Source of the DNA: Flavobacteriales bacterium
GTDB taxonomy: Bacteria > Bacteroidota > Bacteroidia > Flavobacteriales_F > PHOS-HE28
Length of the DNA: 64,000 nucleotides
NCBI GenBank assembly: GCA_016719225.1
Contig: JADKAN010000004.1
Coordinates: forward strand, 512,167 to 576,166
Reading direction: 5' to 3'
Part shown: piece after piece, positions 28,639-38,608 of the stretch
Numbering within the stretch: position 1 is the first letter of the stretch
How the letters are laid out: each line of letters begins with the position of its first letter
The notes under the pieces: generated by a model
Told to the model about the DNA's origin: nothing
The model's input: the letters and a program-made list of their open reading frames with translations, nothing else
The model's database searches: none
Program-made: the position numbers and the translations under genes

Positions 28639-28962
28639 CAAAGGCCGCGGAGCGGCCGCAGCGTTGAAGCCACCCCCTTAGGGATAGCGCGCCTCGCGCA
28701 ATCCCTTGCACAAATACTCAGCGGAGCTTGCTCCAAGCACCAACTTTTTTGTTTGGGACCAAAGGCCGCGGAGCGGCCGCAGCGTTGAAGCCACCCCCTT
28801 AGGGATAGCGCGCCTCGCGCGATCCCTTGCACAAATACTCAGCGGAGCTTGCTCCAAGCACCAACTTTTTTGTTTGGGACCAAAGGCCGCGGAGCGGCCC
28901 CAGCGTTGAAGCCATCTTTTTAGGGATAGCCCGCCTCGCGCAATCCCTCCGATCTAGATAGG
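28600..28962. repeat. Tandem direct repeat, 3 copies of a 121-bp unit
   Basis: The unit begins GCGGAGCTTGCTCCAAGCACCAACTTTTTTGTTTGGGACCAAAGGCCGCGGAGCGGCCGCAGCGTTGAAGCCACCCCCTTAGGGATAGCGCGCCTCGCGCAATCCCTTGCACAAATACTCA, at 28600, 28721 and 28842. Copies 1-2 are near identical; copy 3 degenerates at its 3' end. Each unit holds small palindromes (GGAGCttGCTCC, GGCCGCggaGCGGCC, GCGCGcctCGCGC). Confidence 0.9.
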
Positions 28963-29083
28963 TCCAACAAGGTCGATCCTCTATCCTGCGCTCCTGCCAG
29001 GTCTACTTTCCGGTCAACATGTTCAATGCAATATAATCGATAGAAGCACCTATCCTGTCCGTAAATTCGCAGCCCTTTACCCC

Positions 29084-30070
29084 ATGCCCCGCATTGGCCC
29101 TATCGAACTCGGCGATTTTCCGCTGCTCCTTGCTCCCATGGAGGATGTGAGCGATCCGCCCTTCCGCGCGCTGTGCAAAAAGCACGGCGCCGACCTGATG
29201 TACACCGAGTTCATCAGCAGTGAAGGACTGATCCGCCAAGCGGCGAAGGGCATGAAGAAGCTGGACATCTTCCCGGAGGAACGCCCTGTTGGGATCCAGC
29301 TTTTCGGGGGCAGCGAGGATGCCATGGAAGAGGCTGCCCGCATCGCTGAGCGCGCCGGGCCGGAGCTGATCGATATCAACTACGGCTGCCCGGTGAATAA
29401 GGTGGTGAACAAAGGCGCCGGAGCTTGCCTCCTGCAGGACGTGGACAAGATGGTGCGTCTTACTGATAAAGTGGTGAAGGCCGTGAAGCTGCCAGTAACC
29501 GTGAAGACGCGCTTGGGCTGGAGCGATCAGACGAAGAACATCATGGAGGTGGCCGAGCGCCTGCAGGATGTGGGTATCCAAGCGCTGAGCATCCACGGCC
29601 GCACCCGCGCCCAGCTCTACAAAGGCCCAGCGGACTGGACCTTGATCGGTGAGGTGAAGAACAATCCGCGCATCCACATCCCCATCTTCGGCAACGGCGA
29701 CATCGATTCACCGGAGAAAGCCCTAGAGTATCGCAACCGCTACGGTGTGGACGGCCTGATGATCGGCCGGGCCAGCATCGGCGCGCCCTGGATCTTCAAC
29801 CAGATCAAGCACTTTTTCGCCACCGGAGAGCACCTGCCACCACCCACGATAGACGACCGCGTGGATGCGGCCCGCGAGCACTTCGAGCGCAGTCTGCTCT
29901 GGAAAGGCGACCACGAAGGCGTGGTGGAGATGCGCCGCCACTACACCAACTACTTCAAGGGCCTCCCGAATTTCAAGGAGCACCGCATGAAGCTGGTGAC
30001 GGAGAACGACCCACGTATTGTGCTGGAATTGCTGGAGATGGTGCGTGTGCAGTTCGAACTCGCAGCCTGA
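29084..30070 (+). CDS. dusB: tRNA-dihydrouridine synthase (DusB-like)
   Basis: LAPMEDVSDPPFRALCKKHGADLMYTEFISSEG with a TIM-barrel FMN-binding core; 328 aa. Confidence 0.9.
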   Translation: MPRIGPIELGDFPLLLAPMEDVSDPPFRALCKKHGADLMYTEFISSEGLIRQAAKGMKKLDIFPEERPVGIQLFGGSEDAMEEAARIAERAGPELIDINYGCPVNKVVNKGAGACLLQDVDKMVRLTDKVVKAVKLPVTVKTRLGWSDQTKNIMEVAERLQDVGIQALSIHGRTRAQLYKGPADWTLIGEVKNNPRIHIPIFGNGDIDSPEKALEYRNRYGVDGLMIGRASIGAPWIFNQIKHFFATGEHLPPPTIDDRVDAAREHFERSLLWKGDHEGVVEMRRHYTNYFKGLPNFKEHRMKLVTENDPRIVLELLEMVRVQFELAA

Positions 30071-30078
30071 CCGCTTGT

Positions 30079-30447
30079 ATGGCCTACGATCCCCAGTTCG
30101 AGCTCCGCATCGCTGAGGTTCTCTTGGCGCAAGGCATCGAAGCGGAGACCGTGAAGATGTTCGGCGGCATCACCTTCATGGTGCGCGGCAACATGAGCGT
30201 GGGCATCACCAGCAAGGGTGACTTCCTGGTGAAGTTCGATCCCCAACGGCATGAGGAAGCGAGCGAATGGCCCGGTGCCAAACGGTTTAACATGGGCAAG
30301 GGTGAGAACAAGGGCGTCCTGCTTGTGGATGCGGACGCGGTGGAAAGCCGCAAGGCCATGGAGAAGTGGGTGAAGCTTTCCCTGGATCACGTGCTCGCGT
30401 TGCCGCTGAAGGTGAAGAAGGCGGTGAAGCGGAAACCTTCCAAGTAG
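30079..30447 (+). CDS. TfoX/Sxy N-terminal domain family protein
   Basis: 122 aa; MFGGITFMVRGNMSVGITSKGDFLVKFDP is the characteristic TfoX_N pattern. Confidence 0.55.
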   Translation: MAYDPQFELRIAEVLLAQGIEAETVKMFGGITFMVRGNMSVGITSKGDFLVKFDPQRHEEASEWPGAKRFNMGKGENKGVLLVDADAVESRKAMEKWVKLSLDHVLALPLKVKKAVKRKPSK

Positions 30448-30586
30448 ATCAAGTGGTCCTGTGGCTGCGGGCTTTGAACCGATCGCGCAATTACCACTGT
30501 CAGGCTTCCATTGCCGCAAGACTTACTTTGTCGCGCACTTCACCATTCCTCGAACTGAGCGCCACCACCCATTCATCACGCGAACC

Positions 30587-32680
30587 ATGAAGAAATCCTG
30601 TACTCGTTCCGGCGGAAAGCTTGCGGGCACGCTCGCACTCGCCCTTCTCACCGGAACCACCTTCGCCCAATCCATGAAGCCATTCACCTACAAGGAGATG
30701 CTCATGCTGGATCGCATGAGCGGACTCAGCGTTGACCCCAGCGGCCAGTTCGCCGTTTTCAATGTGCGCGCCACGGACATGGAAGCGAACAAGGGCGTCA
30801 GTACGCTTTGGCTGAAGGACCTCACAAAGCCCGCCGTGCCGGAGGTGAAGCTCGGTGTATCAGAAGGCGGGGCCGGTAGCGCGGCATGGAGCCCGGACGG
30901 CAAGACGATCTACTTCCTCTCCTCGCGCGGTGAAGGTGGAACATCACAGCTGTGGAAGACGGACTTGACCGGTGCCTCGGCCGTGCAGGTCACGCGCCTG
31001 TCGCTGGATATCGGATCCTATCGGATCACGCCAGATGGCAAGGGACTGGTGTTCTCACTGGAGGTTTTTCCCGAGTGCAAGGGCGATGAGATCGCGTGCA
31101 CCGTTAAGAAGAATGAAGCACGCAAGGCCGATAAGTCCACGGGCAGCCTTTACAGCAAACTCTTCATCCGTCATTGGGACACGTGGAGCGATGGAACGCG
31201 CAACCACCTGTTCTACATGCCGCTGGAAGGTGCTGCAGCACCTGTCGCGTTGACGGACGGTTTCGATGGTGACGTGCCATCGAAGCCCTGGGGTGATGAA
31301 GGTGATTACTCCATTTCCCCCGATTCCAAGACCGTCTATTTCAGTGCCCGCTTGGCTGGAAAGACCGAGCCGTGGAGCACCAACTTTGATGTGTACAGCG
31401 TGCCTGTGAGTGGTGGCGCGCTCACCAACCTCACGGAGAGCAACAAGGCCTGGGATGCCAGCCCACGCATGTCGCCCGACGGCAAGACGCTCGCCTACAA
31501 GGCCATGAAGCGCCCCGGCTTCGAGGCCGACCGCTTCTGGATCCAACTGCGCGATGCTTCCGGAAAAGTGACAACTGTGGCTGGTGATTGGGACCGCAGC
31601 GTGGACGATATGAAGTGGAGCGCCGACGGCAAGAGCCTCTATGTGGTAGCGGGCGATGTCGGAAAGACGCTGCTGTTCAAGGTGGACGTGAAGACGGGTT
31701 CCGTTACTCCGATGTCCAAGGACGGCCACATGGATGCCTTCTTCGAAACGCCGAAGGGCTTCGTATTCCTGAAGAGCGGGCTGAACAACCCTTCACTGCT
31801 GTATGCGGCCAAGCCTAAAGCCAAGTTGATCGACGTGGATGCTGTGAACTTGACATCGGTGGATGCGGTCCTGAAGAACCTCGAGTTCGGGAAGTATGAG
31901 CAGTTCAACTTCCCGGGTTGGAACAACGAGACCGTGCATGGCTATGTGATCAAACCAGCTGGATATGTTGAAGGCAAGAAGTATCCCGTGGCCTTCCTGA
32001 TCCATGGCGGTCCGCAGGGGAGCTTCGGCGATTCCTGGAGCTTCCGCTGGAACCCGCAGACCTACGCCGGTGCCGGCTATGCAGTTGTGATGATCGACTT
32101 TCACGGATCCACGGGCTACGGGCAGGCGTTCACCGATGCGATCTCCACGCATTGGGGAGACCGTCCGTTGGAGGACCTGCAGAAAGGCTGGGCCCATGCG
32201 TTGAAGACGTACTCCTTCTTGGACAGTGATCGCGCAGCTGCTTTGGGCGCGTCCTACGGTGGCTACATGGTGGACTGGATCGCTGGGAACTGGCAGCAGC
32301 CTTGGAAATGCTTGGTGTCGCACGACGGCGTGTTCGACACCCGCGCCATGGGCTACTCCACCGAGGAGTTGTGGTTCGATAACTGGGAGAACGGCAGCGA
32401 CGTGTTCCAAGACCCGGCGCAATACGACAAGTTCAATCCGATGATGCACGCGAAGGATTGGTCCGTGCCGATGCTGGTGATCCATTCCGACAAGGATTAC
32501 CGCATCCCGCTTTCACAGGGCATCGGCGCGTTCACCGCCTGCCAGGCCAAAGGCATCGATTCCGAGTTCCTGCGTTTCCCTGATGAGAACCACTGGGTGC
32601 TGAAGCCGCAGAACGCCATGATGTGGCACAACACAGTGTTCAATTGGCTCGAGAAGTACATCGGCGGCGGGGCGAAATAG
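30587..32680 (+). CDS. S9 family serine peptidase (prolyl oligopeptidase/acylaminoacyl-peptidase-like) with an N-terminal beta-propeller
   Basis: Signal peptide MKKSCTRSGGKLAGTLALALLTGTTFAQS, WD40-like repeats (SPDGKT..), and a catalytic GASYGGYM nucleophile elbow with downstream Asp/His. The track ORF begins 42 codons upstream. Confidence 0.85.
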   Translation: MKKSCTRSGGKLAGTLALALLTGTTFAQSMKPFTYKEMLMLDRMSGLSVDPSGQFAVFNVRATDMEANKGVSTLWLKDLTKPAVPEVKLGVSEGGAGSAAWSPDGKTIYFLSSRGEGGTSQLWKTDLTGASAVQVTRLSLDIGSYRITPDGKGLVFSLEVFPECKGDEIACTVKKNEARKADKSTGSLYSKLFIRHWDTWSDGTRNHLFYMPLEGAAAPVALTDGFDGDVPSKPWGDEGDYSISPDSKTVYFSARLAGKTEPWSTNFDVYSVPVSGGALTNLTESNKAWDASPRMSPDGKTLAYKAMKRPGFEADRFWIQLRDASGKVTTVAGDWDRSVDDMKWSADGKSLYVVAGDVGKTLLFKVDVKTGSVTPMSKDGHMDAFFETPKGFVFLKSGLNNPSLLYAAKPKAKLIDVDAVNLTSVDAVLKNLEFGKYEQFNFPGWNNETVHGYVIKPAGYVEGKKYPVAFLIHGGPQGSFGDSWSFRWNPQTYAGAGYAVVMIDFHGSTGYGQAFTDAISTHWGDRPLEDLQKGWAHALKTYSFLDSDRAAALGASYGGYMVDWIAGNWQQPWKCLVSHDGVFDTRAMGYSTEELWFDNWENGSDVFQDPAQYDKFNPMMHAKDWSVPMLVIHSDKDYRIPLSQGIGAFTACQAKGIDSEFLRFPDENHWVLKPQNAMMWHNTVFNWLEKYIGGGAK

Positions 32681-32691
32681 TCCGTGTACTG

Positions 32692-33138
32692 ATGACAACC
32701 TTTCCTCGGCTCTACGACTCCTCGGTCCGCAGATTCTCTTGGCCAGTGGCCATGCTGATGCTGGTCGGCTGGATCGGGTTGCTCGCATTGGGGAGGCCGG
32801 TGCCGATCTGGTTGGAAGGGCTGGCCGCCGCCAACCTCTTCGTCACAGCGAATTGTCGCGCAGCTTCGGACCGTTCCGGTTTAGAGCGGCTCCGGGCCAT
32901 GACGCTCTCCGCGCAATGGTTCTTTGCTGTGCTGATCGCCGTTTGGTTCACTTACAGGATGGTTTCGGACCAAGAAATAACGCTTCATACACGCTCGCTT
33001 GCGTTGATGGTCCTCGGCTTCTCCGCTTTCTGCGAAGCCGCTTACGCCTTTATACTTAAGGAGGAATTGGGTTGGCGTTGGCTCTTGGGCTTGCTTCCCG
33101 GAGTGCTGTTGGCTGTGTTGACGGTGCTGATCTATTGA
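32692..33138 (+). CDS. Hypothetical small membrane protein (about 4 TM)
   Basis: Hydrophobic helices (WPVAMLMLVGWIGLLAL..., FFAVLIAVWF..., LALMVLGFSAF..., LLGLLPGVLLAVLTVLIY). Start taken at the internal ATG 32692. Confidence 0.4.
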   Translation: MTTFPRLYDSSVRRFSWPVAMLMLVGWIGLLALGRPVPIWLEGLAAANLFVTANCRAASDRSGLERLRAMTLSAQWFFAVLIAVWFTYRMVSDQEITLHTRSLALMVLGFSAFCEAAYAFILKEELGWRWLLGLLPGVLLAVLTVLIY

Positions 33139-33314
33139 TCTGGAAGGATCCGAGGTGACTGCATTCCTCGAGCTTTCAGCGAGGCGGGAACGTCGAGTTG
33201 CATTTATCCGTGTTGATCAGCGTTTATGATCGTCCCGCTGTATGTCGGCAGAAATTCATCCGTGGTCGGCAATCTTCAGCCCACCTATCTTTGCCACGCG
33301 TTCTTTTCCATTGA

Positions 33315-33506
33315 GCTTATCAAGAAAGGCAGAGGGACTGGCCCTGTGAAGCCTTGGCAACCGGTCGATGGTCAACCATCGAGTAGGTGCTAAATCCAGC
33401 TCCGAGCATCGGCATTCAAGCTGTTGCGAGGGGAAAGATGAGCCGCGATCGAGACCTGTGCTTCCCCAAGCATTGACACCTCATCCGGCCATCGGGTGGG
33501 GTTTTT
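33315..33506 (+). promoter_or_regulatory. SAM-I (S-box) riboswitch with terminator-type expression platform, leader of metH
   Basis: GCTTATCAAGAAAGGCAGAGGGACTGGCCCTGTGAAGCCTTGGCAACC...GGTGCTAAATCCAGC...GGAAAGATGAGC matches the S-box consensus (CTTATCAAGAG.GG.GGAGGGA..GGCCC..TGAAGCC.GGCAACC...GGTGC.AAATCC.GC...GAAAGATGAG). A downstream CTCATCC can pair with GATGAG as antiterminator, followed by GGGTGGGGTTTTTTC. Confidence 0.85.
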
Positions 33507-33554
33507 TCATTTCAAGGCGGTGCATGTCCGTGGGGGGAGAACACATGTGGATGA

Positions 33555-34556
33555 ATGAAGACGATCGATCAACTCGCGCAAGAGCGCATTCTCGTATTGG
33601 ACGGCGCCATGGGCACCATGATCCAGCGCCTCAAACTGAAGGAGGAGGATTTTCATCCACCGGGCACAGAACAGCATAGCATCTTGCTCCAAGGAAACAA
33701 CGACCTGCTCTCGCTCTCGCGTCCGGAGGCCATCACGTTGATCCATGAGCACTACCTGGAGGCGGGTGCGGACATCATCGAGACCAACACATTCAGTGGC
33801 ACCAGCATCGCGCAGGCCGAGCATAAGTGCGAGCATCTGGTGCGCGACATCAACCTGCGTTCCGCGCAGTTGGCGAAGGCCGCGTGTGAAAAATTCACGG
33901 CGAAGGATCCGAGCAAACCGCGCTTTGTGGCGGGCTCCATCGGTCCCACGAACCGCACGGCCTCACTATCACCCGATGTGAACGACCCCGGTTTCCGCGC
34001 TGTCACTTTCGATGAGCTCGTTACCGCCTACACCGAGCAAGTGGATGCGCTGATGGAAGGCGGCGTCAATTTGCTCCTTGTGGAAACGATCTTCGATACG
34101 CTCAACGCCAAAGCCGCCTTTTACGCCATTGAAGAAGTGTTCGACAAGCGCGGCACACGGCTTCCGTTGATGTGCAGCGTCACCATCACCGATGCCAGCG
34201 GGCGCACCCTGAGCGGCCAGACCATCGATGCGTTCATGATCAGCATGGACCATGTGCCACTCTTCAGCATCGGCCTGAACTGCGCGCTGGGCGCGGCCCA
34301 GATGCGCCCCTATCTCCAAGTGCTCGCTGAACAAGCACCGTGCTTGGTCAGCGTATATCCCAATGCCGGACTGCCGGATCAGATGGGCGAGTATCGCGAG
34401 ACCGCCGAGGTCACCGCGCGATTGGTCGGTGAGTTCATGAAGGACGGCTTGGTGAACATCGTGGGTGGCTGTTGTGGCACCACGCCGGAGCATATCGCGG
34501 CATTGGCAGCGGAAGCGGCGAAGCATCAGCCGCGTAAAGTCCCTGTTATAGCATGA
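33555..34556 (+). CDS. metH: Methionine synthase, homocysteine-binding (S-methyltransferase) domain - N-terminal ORF of a split MetH
   Basis: 333 aa; [11 protein letters not shown], the zinc-binding Cys ladder (GLNCALG; GGCCGTTP). Ends in an ATGA overlap with the next ORF. Confidence 0.9.
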   Translation: MKTIDQLAQERILVLDGAMGTMIQRLKLKEEDFHPPGTEQHSILLQGNNDLLSLSRPEAITLIHEHYLEAGADIIETNTFSGTSIAQAEHKCEHLVRDINLRSAQLAKAACEKFTAKDPSKPRFVAGSIGPTNRTASLSPDVNDPGFRAVTFDELVTAYTEQVDALMEGGVNLLLVETIFDTLNAKAAFYAIEEVFDKRGTRLPLMCSVTITDASGRTLSGQTIDAFMISMDHVPLFSIGLNCALGAAQMRPYLQVLAEQAPCLVSVYPNAGLPDQMGEYRETAEVTARLVGEFMKDGLVNIVGGCCGTTPEHIAALAAEAAKHQPRKVPVIA

Positions 34557-37288
34557 GCATTCCGACTTATAGCGGCTTGGAGCCGCTACGCATTTTCCCA
34601 GGCAGCAACTTCATCAACATCGGTGAGCGCACGAACGTCACCGGCAGCGCGCTGTTCCGCCGATTGATCAAGGACGGCAACTACGATGAGGCCGTGCGCG
34701 TAGCACGCCAACAGGTGGAGAATGGCGCGCAGGTGATCGACGTGAACCTCGACGAAGGCCTCATCGACGGCGTGGAGGCGATGCGCAAATTCATCAACCT
34801 CATCGCCGCGGAGCCGGACATAGCGCGCGTGCCGGTGATGATCGACAGCAGTAAGTTCAGCGTGATCGTGGCCGGCTTGAAGTGCATGCAGGGCAAAGGC
34901 ATCGCCAACTCCATCAGCCTGAAGGAAGGGGAGGAGGAGTTCCTCGATCATGCACGCACTGTGAAACGATTGGGTGCAGCGGTTGTAGTGATGTGCTTCG
35001 ACGAAAAAGGCCAGGCCGACAGCGTTGAACGGCGTATCGAGATCGCCCAACGCGTGTATGACCTGCTCACGCAGAAGATCGGCTTCGCGCCGCACGACAT
35101 CATCATCGACCCGAACATCCTCACGGTGGCCACGGGCATGACGGAACATGATCGCTACGCCATCGACTACATCGCGGCGGTGAAGTGGATCAAGCAGAAC
35201 CTGCCGAGCGTGCTGGTGAGCGGCGGCGTGAGCAACATCAGCTTCAGCTTCCGCGGAAACGAACCGGTGCGTGAAGCGATGCACACCGCATTCCTGTATC
35301 ACGCCATCCAAGCGGGCATGGACATGGGCATCGTGAACGCGGGCCAGATCGGCGTGTATGACGAGATCCCGAAGGAACTGCTCGAACATGTGGAGGATGT
35401 CCTGTTCGCGCGGAGACCCGATGCCACCGAGCGTTTGGTGACGCTCGCGGAACAGTTCAGGGGCGGCGGTGCGAAGAGCAACGTGCAGGACATGAGCTGG
35501 CGTGAAGGTGATGTGAAGGATCGTCTGCGTCACGCGCTTGTGCATGGTATCACCGACTTCATCGAGGAGGATACCGAGGAGGCGCGCAAGGAGTTGATCG
35601 ATCCCGTGAAGGTGATCGAAGGTCCGCTGATGGCAGGCATGACCGTGGTGGGTGATCTCTTCGGCGCAGGCAAGATGTTCCTGCCCCAAGTGGTGAAAAG
35701 CGCGCGTGTGATGAAACGTGCGGTGGCCTATCTCGAACCCTTCCTGGAAGAGTTCAAGAAGAATACACCAGCCGCGGCGGAGGTGCTGAAGGACAGCTTC
35801 GGCGTGCCGGTGCACACCACTCGCGACGATGGCCCGCGCAAGATCCTGCTGGCCACTGTGAAGGGCGACGTGCATGACATAGGTAAGAACATCGTGGGCG
35901 TGATCCTCGCCTGTAACGGCTGGCAAGTGATCGACCTCGGGGTGATGGTGCAAAGCGCCACCATCCTGAAGACCGCACGCGAAATGAAGGTGGACGTGAT
36001 CGGCCTCAGTGGCTTGATCACACCCTCGCTGGATGAGATGGCCCACGTGGCCAAGGAGATGGAGCGCGAAGGCTTTACCATACCGCTCTTGATCGGCGGG
36101 GCCACCACAAGCCGTGTGCATACGGCCGTGCGCATCGAGCCGCACTACAGCAAACCCGTGGTACACGTGATCGATGCTTCACGTTGCGTGCCGGCGGTGA
36201 GCGAGTTGCTGAGCCCTACCACGCACGATGCCTTCGTGAAGCGCATCGCTGCGGAATACGAGACCGTGCGCGAGCACTACGCCACACAGCAGCGCGAGAA
36301 GGAATTCATTCCCATCGAAGAAGCACGCGCGAAGCACTTCACGATCGATTGGGCTGCCGAGCCACCGGTGAAGCCACGAAGCACCGGCGTATTCACCTTC
36401 CGGAACTTCCCGCTGAAGGACCTCGTGCCTTATTTGGACTGGACACCTTTCTTCCAAGCGTGGGAACTGGCGGGGAAATACCCGAAGATCCTCACCGACC
36501 CCGTGGTGGGTACGGAAGCCTCCAAGTTGCACGCCGACGCGCTGAAGATGTTGGATCACTTGGTGAACGAGCAGTGGTTCAAGGCGCACGGTGTGGCTGG
36601 CATTTGGCCCGCGAATTCCGTGGGTGATGATGTGGAGGTGTACAAGGATGAAAGCCGGAAGGAAGTCATCGGCACCTTCCACACGTTGCGCCAACAATCG
36701 AAGAAAGCGCCCGGAGTGGCCTACGTCGGGAACTCGGATTTCATCGCTCCGAAAGAAAGCGGCATCGCGGACTACATCGGTGCATTTGCTGTCACAACGG
36801 GACATGGCGTAGAAGAACGGGCCAAGCAGTTCGAGGAGGCCGGCGACGACTACAGCGCCATCATGTGCAAGGCCTTGGGCGACCGCTTGGCGGAAGCCTT
36901 CGCCGAGAAGCTACACGAGGTGGTGCGCAAGGAGATCTGGGGCTATGCCCACGATGAAACACTGAGCAACGAGGAGCTGATCAAGGAGAAATACGATGGC
37001 GTGCGCCCCGCAGCAGGCTATCCCGCATGCCCGGACCACACCGAGAAGCCGGAGATCTTCCGCCTGCTCGATGCGGAGAAGCACACGGGCATCAAACTCA
37101 CTGAAGGTCTGGCGATGTTTCCCACGGCAGCGGTGAGCGGTTGGTATTTCGCACATCCACGCAGCAAGTACTTCGGCGTGGGGCGTGTTGCGAAGGATCA
37201 GATCGCGGACCTGGCGCGCCGTAAGGAGAAAAGTATCGAATGGATGGAGCGGTGGCTGGGCAGTAACCTAAGCTATTCGCCTGCGTAA
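34553..37288 (+). CDS. metH: Methionine synthase, pterin-binding + cobalamin-binding + AdoMet activation domains - C-terminal ORF of a split MetH
   Basis: 911 aa; pterin-binding ([12 protein letters not shown]), B12 cap and Rossmann ([25 protein letters not shown]) and a C-terminal reactivation domain. Confidence 0.9.
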   Translation: MSIPTYSGLEPLRIFPGSNFINIGERTNVTGSALFRRLIKDGNYDEAVRVARQQVENGAQVIDVNLDEGLIDGVEAMRKFINLIAAEPDIARVPVMIDSSKFSVIVAGLKCMQGKGIANSISLKEGEEEFLDHARTVKRLGAAVVVMCFDEKGQADSVERRIEIAQRVYDLLTQKIGFAPHDIIIDPNILTVATGMTEHDRYAIDYIAAVKWIKQNLPSVLVSGGVSNISFSFRGNEPVREAMHTAFLYHAIQAGMDMGIVNAGQIGVYDEIPKELLEHVEDVLFARRPDATERLVTLAEQFRGGGAKSNVQDMSWREGDVKDRLRHALVHGITDFIEEDTEEARKELIDPVKVIEGPLMAGMTVVGDLFGAGKMFLPQVVKSARVMKRAVAYLEPFLEEFKKNTPAAAEVLKDSFGVPVHTTRDDGPRKILLATVKGDVHDIGKNIVGVILACNGWQVIDLGVMVQSATILKTAREMKVDVIGLSGLITPSLDEMAHVAKEMEREGFTIPLLIGGATTSRVHTAVRIEPHYSKPVVHVIDASRCVPAVSELLSPTTHDAFVKRIAAEYETVREHYATQQREKEFIPIEEARAKHFTIDWAAEPPVKPRSTGVFTFRNFPLKDLVPYLDWTPFFQAWELAGKYPKILTDPVVGTEASKLHADALKMLDHLVNEQWFKAHGVAGIWPANSVGDDVEVYKDESRKEVIGTFHTLRQQSKKAPGVAYVGNSDFIAPKESGIADYIGAFAVTTGHGVEERAKQFEEAGDDYSAIMCKALGDRLAEAFAEKLHEVVRKEIWGYAHDETLSNEELIKEKYDGVRPAAGYPACPDHTEKPEIFRLLDAEKHTGIKLTEGLAMFPTAAVSGWYFAHPRSKYFGVGRVAKDQIADLARRKEKSIEWMERWLGSNLSYSPA

Positions 37289-37294
37289 AAACAC

Positions 37295-38533
37295 GTGAAG
37301 CACAATTCCGTTTTGCGCCTAGCTCCGCTATATACTCTCCTGATTTTCTGCTTCTCACTCGCCTCGACGGTCGTGGGCCAAGAGCGTATCATGGATCCGG
37401 GGGATTGTGCCGGCGCTATTTTCATAAAAGACTCGATCCTTGTCTGCGAAAGGGCGCCGCGGGGTTTTGGCAACGTGTTGGAGATCAAGGAAAACCCACC
37501 TGCGGACAAGCAATGGTTGGAACGCGAGCATAATTCGCAGTGGTATATTTTCCGGTCGCCCGCCAAGACCGTGCTTGCTTTCGACATCATTCCCCAGGAC
37601 CCGCTTGACGACATTGACTTCCTACTGTTCAACGGTGCTATTCCGGATATCTGCACCAAGGTGGCCAAAAGGCAGGTCCAGCCCGTTCGGAGCAATATCT
37701 CCCGGAACGATACCGCGCTGGGTTCCATGTGCGGACTGAAAGTGAGTGCGCCGGAAGATTATGTCAGGTCGGGTATTGGTAGTTCCTATAGCCGCGCCAT
37801 CGCCGTGGAGAACGGAGAACTGCTGTATTTACTCATTGACTACCAGGATCGGCCCCGGGCGGGTTTCACGATCCACTTCCACTATACCCCGCCTCCGCCA
37901 CCACCCATTGTGGTGCTACTGCCACAAGTATTAAGGTTGAACTTGGTGGACAGCAAGACCCGTAAACCGGTGACCGGGTCGGTGACCGTTGAAGGCATGC
38001 GCTTCGATTCCGTAATGCAGGGGAATGATGGCAGCGGCTATGAATTCCGGCAGGATAAATTCCGCAAACTTTCCATCGGTTGCCTAGCGAAAGGCTATAT
38101 GTTCAAGACGATAAAAGTCCCAGCTTCCGGTGCCAAGGAGCTGGAGGTAGAGCTTGCACTGGACCCGATTGAGGCCGGTGCACAGGTCACCTTGGACGAG
38201 ATCCGTTTCGTAGGCAATGAGGATAAGGTGCGCCGTGCCTCGCAACCTTCGCTGTACCTCTTGCTGCACTTTCTGGAGCAGAACCCCACCACCAAGGTTG
38301 AGATCCAGGGCCATGTGAATGGCCCGAACACCAAGAAGAACATCAAGGAATTCATTGACCTGAGCACATCCCGTGCGCGCACCGTCCGCGATTTCCTGCT
38401 GTTGAACCAGGTGGACGATGGCCGTGTGCTTTTCACTGGAATGGGCAACGCGAGCATGATCTACCCAGAACCGAAGAACGAGAACGAAAGCGAAGCAAAC
38501 CGCAGGGTAGAGGTGCATGTGGTGAGCAAATAA
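37295..38533 (+). CDS. OmpA family protein (C-terminal OmpA/MotB peptidoglycan-binding domain) with an uncharacterised N-terminal region
   Basis: Signal peptide MKHNSVLRLAPLYTLLIFCFSLASTVVGQ; the C-terminus (LDEIRFVGNEDKV...TSRARTVRDFLL...NRRVEVHVV) is a canonical OmpA_C. Confidence 0.75.
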   Translation: MKHNSVLRLAPLYTLLIFCFSLASTVVGQERIMDPGDCAGAIFIKDSILVCERAPRGFGNVLEIKENPPADKQWLEREHNSQWYIFRSPAKTVLAFDIIPQDPLDDIDFLLFNGAIPDICTKVAKRQVQPVRSNISRNDTALGSMCGLKVSAPEDYVRSGIGSSYSRAIAVENGELLYLLIDYQDRPRAGFTIHFHYTPPPPPPIVVLLPQVLRLNLVDSKTRKPVTGSVTVEGMRFDSVMQGNDGSGYEFRQDKFRKLSIGCLAKGYMFKTIKVPASGAKELEVELALDPIEAGAQVTLDEIRFVGNEDKVRRASQPSLYLLLHFLEQNPTTKVEIQGHVNGPNTKKNIKEFIDLSTSRARTVRDFLLLNQVDDGRVLFTGMGNASMIYPEPKNENESEANRRVEVHVVSK

Positions 38534-38608
38534 GGCGCCCTTTCCGTCCGCCCGGCACCTGCGCCGTCCATCCATCAGATCTTCCGACTCTTTCCAAGGC
38601 TGCTATTT

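Noticed and set aside
28558-28962. Possible CRISPR array, or tandem att sites from serial integration at tRNA-Ser
   Set aside because: The repeat unit is 121 bp with no unique spacers between copies, and the copies are contiguous. There is no cas, integrase or phage gene nearby; the next gene is dusB. The repeats share no similarity with the tRNA 3' end. Reported instead as a structured tandem repeat.
34586-36166. 526-aa minus-strand ORF (His/Arg/Ala-rich) overlapping metH
   Set aside because: Antisense shadow ORF typical of high-GC DNA. The composition is not protein-like, and the plus strand carries an unambiguous MetH.
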